Source: the human T2T-CHM13v2.0 reference genome, Homo sapiens
Reading direction: 5' to 3' (one strand)
Assembly: GCF_009914755.1 (NCBI RefSeq)
Contig: NC_060935.1
DNA: 64,000 nucleotides
A program made the translations under genes and the position numbers. Under the pieces are notes generated by a model, which saw only the letters and a program-made list of their open reading frames with translations, did not search any database and had not been told where the DNA came from. Positions 14,216 to 26,580 of this stretch are shown one piece after another. Positions within the stretch are counted from its first letter, which is position 1, and each line of letters starts with the position of its first letter.

Positions 14216-15756
14216 GCTTCATATCCCTCACTCTCTGACATCCAGGCCTTCAAGAGAAAGGATTTCTGTCACTCCTCTGGCTTTAAAGTCTTTGTCAAGG
14301 CCAAGAAGGAACTATGAAGAACTCTTCTGTGACGGTATCTAACAGGTGGTCTCTGAGCTCTTTTATCTTTGGTAGAGAATGCAGATTACTAGGCACAAAG
14401 ATTTAAAAAAACCCACGAGAGAAAAATGTTTGAAAGCATGGTGCTACAGAGAGGTCAAGGACTAATGGATGGGGAACGGAATGTACCTACATCAAGTCCC
14501 TTCATTTTATAGTCAGGGAAACTGAGGCCTAGCAAGAGCTGGGTCTCACTCCTGCCTTCACTTAGCTCAGCAGCTAAGACTTGCTGAACCCACAAAGAGC
14601 TTTCCTTCATCATCTGGAGGGAGATACGGAAGCCACCTAGGGGTTACCCCAGAGAGGCCAGGAGACTTAGAGTAAAGAAGGAGCGTAGGATGGCCAGCAA
14701 TGGCCAGAGGCTTCAGGATAAATGAGCAGTCATGAGGTAACACTTCTAGACTCCTAAACTCTGAAAGGGTAAGAGTCCCCATGGCCACAAGTCCTAAAAG
14801 AGGTACCCATTTTTGGTCAGTGGATAGGGCTGGTTAGCGAGTGCCACCTTTCTTTTGGCTCCCTGGCCTGGGGTACCTGATCAGGCCTTGGGGAGCAGGT
14901 GACCTGGTTGCTCATATCACTTGGGCTCAGTGACATGCACAGGACCTTGCAAATACGATCAATGCAACGTTTGTGCAGCTCAGGCTGGAGGGCAGGAAGG
15001 ATAATGTCAGCAAGGAGGTTCTCATAGCTGGAGACTATTTGCAAAACAGTGTAAATCAAACAACTCTTTCATAAGAGTGGGACACGGGGACCCAAAACCT
15101 TGGCAGTTGAAAGAACATCTCCCAGTTTGATGTTTGAAAGGTGATAAGAAGCCTTCCTGTCTCCTTGTCATCCTGTGATGCCACCATTAGAACCATTTTC
15201 TTGATTCTAGGAAGCACCTCTAAAAATACATATATGTAACTATTAATAGTATAGAAAAGCATGCTAAGCCATGGGTGTAACTGGTTTGATGTGGAGCCAT
15301 GAAGGACTGGGGCTCCAGGGCAAGTATGGTTTGGTAGGTGTGTGAGTTGCTAGCCACGGGGCAGAGGGTGGATTTTGAAATTATCTGAGTATAAGTTCGT
15401 TCCTTCAGTGGGGAATCAGGACCTTGGAGAAGGAGAGGAATGGGAGAGGGCTTGGGGAAGGGAGAAGCAATCCTACAGTGTGTCTTTCTGCACACAAAGG
15501 AGGCATGGCTAATCTCACATTGTTTATGACCACTGCTCTGGAGTGAAGGGAGATGTTGCATAGTGCAGAGAAAAGCAAAAATGATCTGGGAATGACCAGA
15601 GCTGGGTTCTGGTGCCACAGCTGTTTCTCAGAGCTTGAGTTTCTGGTCCCATAGAAAGAGGGTGTATAGTTATCAGAATTTTCCAAACCTCAATTTATTC
15701 ACACACTATTTTCATAAGTTTCATCAGAGCTTCAAATATATATTTTTTCAATTGGC

Positions 15757-16082
<326 letters not shown>

Positions 16083-16135
16083 TAAAATTTGTCCTCATTC
16101 TGAACATACTAATGGGTTTGCTGTGGAAGTCATAC

Positions 16136-17609
16136 TGTGTCCGGAATTGGTGGGTTCTTGGTCTCATTGACTTCAAGAATGAAGCCGCGGACCCTTGCGG
16201 TAAGTGTTACAGTTCTTAAAGGCAGCGTGTCCAGAGTTTGTTCCTTCTGATGTTCGGATGTGTTCGAAGTTTCTTCCTTCTGGTGGGTTCGTGGTCTCGC
16301 TGGCTCAGGAGTGAAGCTGCAGACCTTCGCGGTGAGTGTCACAGCTCATAAAGGCAGTGTGGACCCAAAGAGTGAGCAGCAGCAAGATTTATTGCAAAGA
16401 GAGAAAGAACAAAGCTTCCACAGTGTGGAAGGGGACCCAAGTGGGTTGGCACTGCTGGCTCAGGCAACCTGCTTTTATTCTCTTATCTGGCCCTACCCAC
16501 ATCCTGCTGATTGGTAGAGCCAAGTGGTCTGTTTTGACAGGGCACTGATTGGTGCGTTTACAATCCCTGAGCTAGACACAAAGGTTCTCCACCTCCCCAC
16601 CAGATTAGCTAGATACAGAGTGTGGACACAAAGGTTCTCCAAGTCCCCACCAGAGTAGCTAGATACAGAGTGTCAATTGGTGCATTCACAAACCCTGAGC
16701 TAGACACAGGGTGCTGATTGGTGTGTTTACAAACCTCGAGCTACATACAGAGTGCCGATTGGTGTGTTTACAATCCCTTAGCTAGACATAAAAGTTCTCC
16801 ATGTCCCCACCAGAGTAGCTAGATACAGAGTGTGGATTGGTGCATTCACAAACCCTGAGCTAGACACAGGGTGCTGATTGGTGTGTTTACAAACCTTGAG
16901 TTAGAGACAGAGTGCTGATTGGTGTATTTACAATCCCTTAGCTAGACATAAACGTTCTCCAAGTTCCCACTAGACTCAGGAGCCCAGCTGGCTTCACCCA
17001 GTGGATCTCGCACTGGGGCTGCAGGTGGAGCTGCCTGCCAGTCCTGCGCCCTGCGCCCACACTCCTCAGCCCTTGTGTGGTCGATGGGACTGGGCGCGTG
17101 GAGCAGGGGACGGCGCTCGTCAGGGAGGCTCGGGCTGCACAGGAGCCCACAGAGGGTGGGGGGAGGCTCAGGCATGGCGGGCTGCAGGTCCCGAGCCCTG
17201 CCCCACGGGAAGGCAGCTAAGGCCCGGCGAGAAATCCAGCGCAGCGCCTGTGGGCCGGCACTGCTGGGCGACCCAGCCCACCCTCCGCAGCCGCTGGCCC
17301 GGGTCCTAAGCTCCTCATTGCCCGGGGCCGGCAGGGCTGACCGGCTGCTCCGAGTGCAGGGCCTGTGAAGCCCAAGCCCACCCGGAACTCCAGATGGCCC
17401 GCAAGCGCTGTGCGCAGTTCCGGTTCCCGCTCGCGCGTCTCCCTCCACACCTCCCTGCAAGCTGAGGGAGCCAGCTCCAGCCTTGACCAGCCCAGAAAGG
17501 GGCTCCCACAGTGAGCGGCGGGCTGAAGGGCTCCTCAAGTGCCGCCAAAGTGGGAGCCCAGGCAGAAGAGGCGCCGAGAGCGAGCGAGGGCGCACGCCGT
17601 CACCTCTCA
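16136..17609 (-). mobile_element. Solo LTR12 (ERV9; LTR12C-like), complete
   Basis: Minus-strand termini TGAGAGGTGAC...AATTCCGGACACA, a 4-bp TSD ATAC (16132-16135, 17610-17613), CpG-rich U3 5' part, U3 tandem repeats and U5 repeats. Confidence 0.96.
16465..16965 (-). promoter_or_regulatory. LTR12 U3 enhancer/promoter: tandem CCAAT (NF-Y) and GATA repeats plus AATAAAA TATA-like box
   Basis: Repeated (ct/gg)gattggtg and agctagatac units at about 16505-16960; gcttttattc (GAATAAAAGC on minus) at 16471-16480; poly(A) signal tttatt near 16388. Confidence 0.8.
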
Positions 17610-18473
17610 ATACTTTCTCTAACGTATATTGAAACAAACTATTAAGTTCATTTAAGGCCCATCTGTGGGCCACCTAAAATTCCCTTTTGTGTTACCCATT
17701 CAGGAACTCTGGGCCAGGTGAGCGTGGTCCACTCCTCCCCCATTTCTGTGACTCTATGGTGTTTTACACAAGGGAATACCTTCCTTTTCCTTTCTAAATG
17801 GAGGACGGGATTTGCAGAAGCTCTGAGTCCCTACTGGGAAAGAGAAAAAGATCTGCATGTTTCACGGATGCTGAAGCCAGATTCTGAGAGGAATGACAAA
17901 GTCATTGCTAATTGCAGCCAATTACTCTATCGGGTGGTACTGGTAGGGAAAATGACTTTAAGTCTAGAGTTGCCTTGGAAAGAATTACCATACTGGTAAG
18001 TAATTTTGACTCGAGTAATTTTTAACGCTAAAATTTGCTACAAGTACTTTGAGAATTAAAAAAAAAAGAAGGCCATGCCTTCATTAGAGCATAATAAGGC
18101 AGTTTTGTAATTAATAAGCTAAGCTACTAGTCACACCTGTAATTTGGGGTATGAAGATAAACGTTCACTATGTATTCTTTGTTTCTCCTTTTTCTGAAGA
18201 GTGGAATTATTTTCTTTCAGTTTCCCAGGGCCTGAGAAAACCCACTGGAAGGTGCCCTAGGTTTTCCAGGAGACCTTACTTTCTCTTCATCCCTTAGACT
18301 AAAGGCACAAACATCCACTGAAAAGGAATGAGACCGTGTGTCTTCAGCTGGGGCTTCTAATTCCTCCTGTGTCTTCTCCTAGCCATGAGAGAGTGGCTGG
18401 TTTCTTCTGTTTTCTGTGTGCCTCAGTTTCATCATCTATAAAATGAATATGAAGTGAAATGGCCTGCCTGAAC

Positions 18474-18475
<2 letters not shown>

Positions 18476-18512
<37 letters not shown>
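18476..18512. repeat. (TG)18 microsatellite
   Basis: Direct read. Confidence 0.97.
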
Positions 18513-18515
<3 letters not shown>

Positions 18516-18534
18516 CTCTAAGCTGCTGCTACAC

Positions 18535-18829
18535 TTTTTTTTTTTTTTGAGACGGAGTCTTGCTCTGTTGCCTAGGCTGGAGTGCAGTGGGGCCATCTTG
18601 GCTCACTGCAACCTCCACCCCCTGGGTTCAAGCAGTTCTCCTATCTCAGCCTCCTGAGTAGCTAGGATTACAGGCTCGGGCCACCACGCCTGGCTAATTT
18701 TTGTATTTTTAGTGGAAATGGGGTTTTGCCATGTTGGCCAGGCTGGTCTTGAACTCCTGACCTCAGATGATCTGCCCACCTGGGCCTCCCAAAGTCTGGG
18801 ATTACAGGTGTGAGCCACCGCGCCTGGCT
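18535..18829 (-). mobile_element. AluS (Sx-like)
   Basis: Full dimer; TSD-like gctgctgcta on both sides. Confidence 0.94.
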
Positions 18830-18929
18830 GCTGCTAAGTCTTTAAGCAAATACAGACATGATATAATTTAATGAGTTTATCATTTTATTTATTCTCACTC
18901 ATTAAGTACCTAGTAAACACTATCACTTA

Positions 18930-19065
18930 GTCCTTCAGTCCATCCATCTATCCACTGATTCACATTTTCAACAAATATTTATCAAGTATCACTTATGTGC
19001 TGGATGCTGAAGGCGATACAAAAGAAGTGTAAGGGAGAGTTTCTGCCCTCCAAGACCTTATGACT
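18930..19065 (-). mobile_element. L2 3' relic
   Basis: ttcaacaaatatttatcaagtatcacttatgtgctgg...ctgccctccaagacctta; probably continues at about 19390-19530. Confidence 0.65.
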
Positions 19066-19169
19066 TTTTTTTTTTAATAAAAAACGATGTTGGCATATGA
19101 AAGTTAACTAGCAACATGATTTAGCAGGAGCCAATTACACCATGAATGATGCAGAGGATAAACATTCTA

Positions 19170-19385
19170 AGAAGTAACTTTTATATTATATAGTTTCAAA
19201 TAGCTAGAAGGATATTGAATGTTCCCAAGACAAAGAAGTAATAAATGTTCAAGATGATGGGTATGCTAATTACCCTGATCACTATACATTACATATATAT
19301 CTATCAAAACCTCATTATGCGCACCATGAATATGTACGATGATTATATATCAATTAAAAAAAAAGAAAAAAGGGAAAAGAAAAAA
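19170..19385 (+). mobile_element. L1MA-type LINE-1 3' end with A-tail
   Basis: ttcaaatagctagaag...gaatgttccca...ataaatgtt...gatgggtatgctaattaccctgat...aatatgtac...tcaattaaaaaaa. Confidence 0.85.
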
Positions 19386-19541
19386 TCCTTTGAAAAATAA
19401 TTTAGAGAAGGAGAGAAAGATGTTTGTAGGGGGATAGATTAAGAAACAATTGGGCAAGAGGAGACTTGAGCAGGGTATTGAAGGATGAATTCCATTTGTG
19501 TTGGAAGAGAAAATGATAAAGGTTAAGAAATGGGCATTTTC

Positions 19542-19981
<440 letters not shown>

Positions 19982-21498
19982 TTACGATCCAGTGAAAAGA
20001 TAATCTTGACAAGGGAAGAGCATGAGTGATTTCAGTACAGAGGCAGGGGAAAGACAATGACCTTCAAATGACCTTTCCTAATATGCCCAGAGTGACTGTT
20101 CTGCATCAGGAAGCATGGGCTATGTTTGAATTGAGGGCCATAGCCTGGAGGTCTGATCCGAATTCCCTTTCCCTGGACTGGAAGAAACACAGTCTCACTA
20201 TCTTGCCAACAACTGCCTGTGGCAAATTCAGTACCCGGCTTGATGCAGCATTTGGAGGAAAATTTTCCATGAAAACAAAAGTTTTTGCTTAATTATTCAG
20301 CACACTCATGCATTTAAAAATACTGTCCACTCTCTAACTAGCTGTCTTTTTAATAAAGCTTCTTGTCTCCCAAGGAGCTCGGCTCCCATTGTCTAAGGCT
20401 TCTTTATAAAGAACTCTGGGCCAGGCATAATCCCAGCTGTCCCTGGGTTTAGAGTGAAGCTTCCCCAGGCAGAGTGAGGTGTCTGAACTGCTTTTCCACA
20501 GAGATATGAGGAAAGCACATCTGAGCTCCCTAGGGGCTGGTGTAGGCAGAGTGTGGATGGCCATTAGACAGTGAGACAAGGTCATTTGCCCCTAGCGTGG
20601 CTGGTGAGTTTAAGGGGATCAGAAAAGTCTTTCTCCATACTGTTTCTTCATCCAATTTTATTTATCCATTCATCTGACATCTACTCATCTGGCCATCCAT
20701 CCAACACATATTTGTTGCCTACTGTGTACCCAACACTGTTCTATGTCCTGAGACCATCTGTACAGAGAAGAATCAATGTAGAACAATTTTCAGAGGAAAC
20801 TGGGAATTTTTCTAATGGCCTAGAGGAGACCTTGCAGTTTTTGCCTTTCCCCAATTTATTATCTGATTTCTTTGGAACTTGCTTGATGCATGGCGTTTGG
20901 GAGACCTGGCTCCACTGATAGAGATTATCTCATCACGAGGAGGGGTGTCAGACCTCAGCTCCCAGAGGGCAGAAACGTGCTTGTCTTGCTGACTTCATGC
21001 ACAGTTCAGCCCAGCACTAGCTCAGCAGAAGGTGGATAACTGAAGGATCTGGATGGTTAAATGCTATTTATCAAAACAGCAGCCCACTTAGATACCAGAG
21101 TTGCCGCATTTAATGCAGTTACCAACCTACGTGTGTCCCCTTAATATTCTAGCCTACTTCCCCAGTCTCCTTGCTGAAGATGCCAGGAACAGCAACATCA
21201 AAGAAAGAGAAAGTGCCTGAAGTTGGAATAGTGAGTCATTCTGGAGTGAAGCCAGCGAATTGGGAGGGGCTGTCACTTTGCCCATGATCCTGCCAGAGGG
21301 TCTTTCTGCCACCATTTACCTTTTCTGAGGCGCTGACTTCTTTCTAGCAGGGGTGGAGACGTGGGTTGGGTGGTGATGGTTTGAGGAATGGAGTTTGCAG
21401 TCATCTCCAACTCTGGGCCATAGAAGGCAGTTCAGGCTTACCAATCATTTGATTTCCACAGCTAAATAGAGGACAGTGAGAGGACAGTAGCATTCAGA

Positions 21499-21560
21499 AA
21501 GAATTTAGGTAGACATTTGGGAGGACTTCCTGACTCTAAGGTCCCAAAGAGACTGAAAAG
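21499..21560 (+). mobile_element. CR1/L3-like LINE relic
   Basis: gaatttaggtagacatttgggaggacttcctgac resembles the L3 3' region. Confidence 0.4.
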
Positions 21561-21579
21561 TTAATGAATTAGCCATGGC

Positions 21580-21720
21580 CATTGGTTTCTTCATCTGTTA
21601 AACTGGGATAAATTCCTATCTTGAAGGTGGCTATAATGACAGGATTTAAAGAGATAATGTATCTGAGGGCCCCAAGCACAGTGGTTGACACATAATAAGC
21701 ACTTAATCCTTGTTGAATCT
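21580..21720 (+). mobile_element. MIR
   Basis: gtttcttcatctgttaaactgggataa...gagataatgtat...cacagtggttgacacataataagcactta. Confidence 0.7.
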
Positions 21721-22227
21721 CGAATTTGAATATGATTCCTGGAGAGGAAAGAGAGGCTTCTTAGAGAAGGCAGCCTCTAAGCTGGACCATGTACATTGCT
21801 AAGAATATTTTGGCCAATAGGATACTGCTTTTTAAGGATTTCCCCCATGGACAGTCCATCTTGCAAATGACTCTTCTGATATTGACTTTAAAAATAAAAT
21901 TGTTATCCTGAGCCTCTTTTGGAAACATAAAAAACAAAGTGCAAAGAGATCACTGCCGTTCTCAGATTCTGTGATTTGCCCATACCAAGAGTCAGAAGGT
22001 CTCCAGAGCCATTGGCACTGAGATCTTAACATAAGCTATGGTTTCTGAGCAGGTAGGAGAAAATAAAACTCCAGTATTTTGTCAATAAGTGCCTTAACTC
22101 GGTATTGCTAAGCTTATTATTTCCAATTCCCTATTCTTTTCTTACATCAAAAGTTAAAAGAGTAGGGATTCTCTACTTTGTCCCACTAAAGACAATAGAG
22201 TAGATAATAGGATGGCATTACAGCAGT

Positions 22228-22420
22228 GCAGATTTATAGTAGACATTGGCAAGAACTTTGAGATAGGAAAGAAGGGATTAAAATTGGACTGGATAGCCAG
22301 AGCTAGCCTGAGATTCTTTTTCAGACATCTTCAAGAATGGGAGAGGCTACTGTCTACCTAACACAGGTGCCTCATAAGATTACCTTGTAAGATTTCTTCC
22401 AGATCCAAGATTCTCCAGAG
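22228..22420 (+). mobile_element. CR1/L3-like LINE relic
   Basis: agatttatagtagacattggcaagaacttt...gacatcttcaagaatggg...ttcttccagatccaagattct. Confidence 0.5.
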
Positions 22421-22948
22421 ACAAGGCTGAGAAACAGTTGTCATGCTTAACTTCAGAAGCTGCTGAGCGTGGCCAGGGTCAGAAGCGGTCCCTTCAGAGG
22501 GACCTATGTTTTGTTTCTGCTGCCATTTGGTAAAGGGAGTCACCAGACTGGGAGAATCGTTTGACAAGTGAGGTCAGGGAAATGGCAATTTTTGATCCCA
22601 GGTGGCGAGAAAGCCTCCCAGTGAAGGTAAACAGAAGTGGAGATAGATCAAGGGGTGAGGGGTCAGTCCATTAGAAGGCTGACAAGGCCAGCTGTCTTCT
22701 GGAGTGTCTGGAGGGAGGGATGCTGATGTGATTGACCTCAGTCTTGGGATGGGAGCAGGAGCGGGGGAAAGGACGTGAGTAGCAGGATGGAGGAAGGAGA
22801 CCACGGCAAGAGTGAGAAAGGGGCATCTCTAGCCCAATTTCTGCACATGGATACTGCTAGCTTTGGGCAGTTTAGCCTTGTGCTGCAGTTGTGCCAAGTG
22901 GAGTTGAGAGGTTGGCTAAAAAAAAAAAACCCAAAAAACCTCTTACTC

Positions 22949-22980
22949 ATTTGCATGTGGTATTTGCATCTCATTTGCAT
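22949..22980 (-). promoter_or_regulatory. Triple perfect octamer (POU) site cluster
   Basis: ATTTGCAT at 22949-22956, 22962-22969 and 22973-22980; function is inferred. Confidence 0.6.
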
Positions 22981-23134
22981 ATATTCACTTAATGTCAGAT
23001 GTGCACAATTTTCCAGCTTCTGCTTTTTCGCCTCCCCAACTTCCCACCTTGTGCCTTCATCTTCCTTTCTCAACACCTCTTCCTCACCCCATGAGTATTT
23101 TCTCCTTATTGTGTTCTCTTCTTCCTACAAAGTA

Positions 23135-23345
23135 GTATGAAGAGCACAGCTTTGCTTCCGGGTAGAACTGCACTTTTGTCCAGGCTCCTCCATGTATCTG
23201 TCTTTTGGTCCTCAACAAACCTGTGGTCTCTCATATGCTCATCTGTAAAATGGGAACAATAATATCTATGTCTCAGAGTTGTTGTAAAGAATAAACTAAA
23301 TAAAATTAGCATAAAGCACCTGGCCCTGCAGTAGGAACTTGACAA
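23135..23345 (+). mobile_element. MIR
   Basis: ctcatctgtaaaatgggaacaataatatcta...cagagttgttgtaaaga...taaagcacctgg. Confidence 0.75.
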
Positions 23346-23999
23346 GTTGTGCCAGTTCTGGTCCCAGCTCTCTCTTCATGCCTTCTATATCAATTTAGGG
23401 AAACTGCGGCGCTGGAGTTGGTGTTTTCCTTGGAACTGATGGATAAGCAAGTTGATTCTTTAAATCGTCATCTTTCTTGGTCATGTGTCCAAGCTGCATT
23501 TACAACCAGGGGAAGGGCAGGAGAAACAGTGTGAACAACAGTGTTCCTTTTGGACATCTTCCAGTGTCTTCTAACTGAGGGCTTTTCTCATTCCTCTTCC
23601 CCAGTGTCTGAAGCCTGAGGATGCCCTGGTTCCTAATCCCAGGGCAGGGCAGACTGCTTTCTCTGTAGCCTCCCAGCTTCACAGCAGCCTGATCTCCAAA
23701 GCCTGGGGCACATCCCCAAATCCCTGGCTCCACCGCTGTCCCTGATGAAGATGCCTGGGTCAGCTTCCAAGAACCTCTTGCTTCTCTATCCAAACAGCAT
23801 CCTGGCATCTCACCAGGCACTGGCTTCAGAGTTTGTATTTTGGGAGATGTATAGCAAGGAGAAAATCGTTAAATCTCCACTCTGCATCCTGAAAAGTAAC
23901 TTCTGTGAAACTCTCCTTCCATCTCCTCATCAATTTCAGTCAGCTGTTTTTGTTTTCTCTTTTTCTCTGAAGCAAGGGCAAGGAGTTGTATTGTAAAAT

Positions 24000-24230
24000 G
24001 ATAGTAGCTGATGCTAGAGCAGCATTTACTATGTGCCACTTACTGTTCTAAGCACTCTATGTATATGATTTCATTTAATTCTCATGACAGTCTTATGAAG
24101 TAGATATCCCCATTTTACAGATGAGACTAAGAAGTTTAAAAACTTGTCCAAGGTTTTACAGCTAGGAAGGACGGAGACAGAATTTTAATCTAGCCAGTCA
24201 GCTCCAAAATCGATTTTCTTAACCACTTGT
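24000..24230 (-). mobile_element. MIR
   Basis: tactatgtgcca...ctaagcact...tcatttaattctca...ccccattttacagatgag...acttgtccaagg. Confidence 0.8.
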
Positions 24231-25049
24231 CACAGTGGATTAACACAGGGAAGATGTGTCTGGAATGAAAAGTAATGAAGGTTTCCAAGTTTGGGATAAG
24301 AAATAACAGAGTCATGTTGTAGTAAGCGGGATTAGGTGGGACATCAGGTAGAACTTTCTACTTATAAGAATTGATAGCAGGGCTAGTAGCATCGTATGAT
24401 ACCCTGGTAGCAAATGGTGGCTCTCTTAGAGTCTGCAAAAACCACATGTTCCTCTGTGTGGAGGAAAGGCGATATCTATAGGTGAGGAGCTGGGACTGGG
24501 AAGAGGATTAAAGACTTCTGGAAAGTGATCAGAGAATCGATCCTCAATCAATATTTGGTGAGTATTATGAATAGGGTACTTAAATAGGAATTTGCTGAGA
24601 TTTTTTTCTGGGCAAGGCCTTATGCCAGACACCAAGGAAGGATGAGCCAGGTCACCTCCTTGGGCTCTTTCCAGGTTCAGAAGACCTTAAAGCCTCATAG
24701 TATGGGCAGGGGGAGGGAAGATTGATGGCCTCTACTTTTCCTTCTTGCTTCTGCTATGTGTGGTCCAGATCTCAGTCTATGCCTTCTCAGGTCCAGGAGC
24801 CCTTGCCCCTGGACTGGGACAGCCCCACAATCTCTGGACTCAATCCAGACTTGGTTCCAGGCCTCCTTCCCAAGTAGGCTTGAGTAGAACAACGTCCCTT
24901 ATCAGCAGGTCTGTGAGGCTGTCTTCCTCATTTCCCTCTAAAGGCTCATTTGAACCTTATCTACCCAGTTTTTAAGAGGGTTTAGTTTCAGTTCTTTTTG
25001 ACCTATCATCTGGTCATCAATTTATAGGAGAGTCATTTCGTCACTTAGT

Positions 25050-25200
25050 TATTGGTTCATTTATTCTCCAAACAGTTATTAATAGTCTCATATATGACAA
25101 ACCCTGTGCTTAAGCCCAGGGATGTAGAGATCAAAGAGTTCTGTCTGTTCTGCTCTCAAGGGTCCACTGTCTAGTGGCAGAGACAGACAACTTCAGAACA
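25050..25200 (-). mobile_element. L2 relic
   Basis: ttcatttattc...ctgtgcttaagcccagggat...ctgctctcaagggtccactgtctagtggcagagacagac. Confidence 0.55.
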
Positions 25201-25323
25201 GGTTGTACTATGTCCCCCAAATCATACTGTCTTAGAGGGACAATCTAGATAATCTGTCTCCTGATCAGGGCCCCCTACTGATCCTGTATTTTTTAGTGTG
25301 GCTACATTTGCCATCCATGGTAC

Positions 25324-25425
25324 CAATTAATTAATTAATTGCTTTTTATTTTATATTCTGGGAGTTTTGGTGTTTTGCAGGGGAAATGCAAATGTATGCA
25401 AATCATCACACAAATTTATGCAAAG
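25324..25425 (+). promoter_or_regulatory. (AATT)4 palindrome followed by an octamer cluster
   Basis: CAATTAATTAATTAATTG at 25324-25341; ATGCAAAT at 25386-25393 and 25396-25403; ATGCAAAG at 25418-25425. Confidence 0.55.
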
Positions 25426-26379
25426 ACAACATGGAAATGTGTCCCAAGATTTCCTGGGAAAAAAAAATCTGGAGGCCTCAGTCAGTCCCTCAGCAGGCTG
25501 CCTGTTCCCAGGCCTGTCCTGTCTTCCCTTTTGTTTGGGTTCTTAATCTGTGCTGGGTTCCCTGCCTGGCCACTCTGAGGTCAGTAATGCAGGTGGGCAG
25601 GTGGCAGCCTGGCCATCCATTATCCTGAAACCTCTCAGCTTCCCAAGCCACCAGAAAACTCCCTCACTCCCTATAATCGGCTTTCATTTGAAACAATCAA
25701 GAGATTTCCTACCACTTTCCCTATGACCAGGTTTCGGAAAACACCCAGATGGTGAGTTTCAGGTTTGGAGCTTGACTTGGACAAAGGGACTTAATAGAGG
25801 AGGTTGGCAGTGTCTGCTTGTGGTTATTGAAAAATAAATCCAGACCAATTCAGTGAGCATCTTCTGTGTGCACAGCCTTGGTTCCCCAGAGAGATGGGAG
25901 ACAACCGCAAGGGCTGGGGAAGCGAGGGCTGGGAGGATGGCAGAAACTCTGTGGCTCTGCAAGGTAAGGCTGCCCAGCAGGTGTCATGGTGATAAACAGC
26001 CTGTCTCCTGCTCTGGACAGGAAACCTCATGGAAGCTGTGTGGTGGAAGGAGGGGCTGTAAGGACAGAGGCTGACAGAGAGGGCACGAGAAGGGGATCAG
26101 CCTCATCAACCTGCAGGGTGTCATCATTGGGTAGTCCACGGCTTTGCAGAGTCAGAGAGCAAGGGGAGCAGGGCAAAGCTTGGGCCTCCATTGGAGAGGA
26201 AATGACAGCAGGAGGAAAGGCTGACCTGAGGGAGGAGCTGGCTACCTGCTTCCAGAACCTCCTCTGGCCAGGAGAGCACTGTGTCCAGGGCTGCACTTAG
26301 GCGTATGGTACACAGACACCATCGAGTTGCCAAGTGTGGCCAGTCCCTCATAAAACATGGAAGCTGAAGGCTGCCTGAG

Positions 26380-26580
26380 AGATTTGATTTAGGCTGGATG
26401 TAAAGAACTTCCGGAGGGTGGGCGTTGTGAGATACCAGAACAGGTGACTAAGAGAGGATGCAAAATCTCCTTCCCTTGGAGAGTCGTTGAAACATTTGAA
26501 ATCCATTTGTTGTGTGGGAGAGGAGGCACAGTTCTGTCTGGAGGCAGAGGGATGGACTAGATGACTTCTGGGAGTTCACA
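26380..26580 (+). mobile_element. CR1/L3 LINE 3' relic
   Basis: gatttaggctggatgtaaagaacttcc...aatctccttcccttggaga...ggaggcagagggatggactagatgac. Confidence 0.65.

Noticed and set aside
16505-16960. Regularly spaced repeats superficially like a CRISPR array
   Set aside because: These are LTR12 U3 tandem enhancer repeats with no unique spacers, in a primate genome.
16130-17673. ORFs up to 243 aa
   Set aside because: Lie within LTR12; well-known spurious LTR translations.
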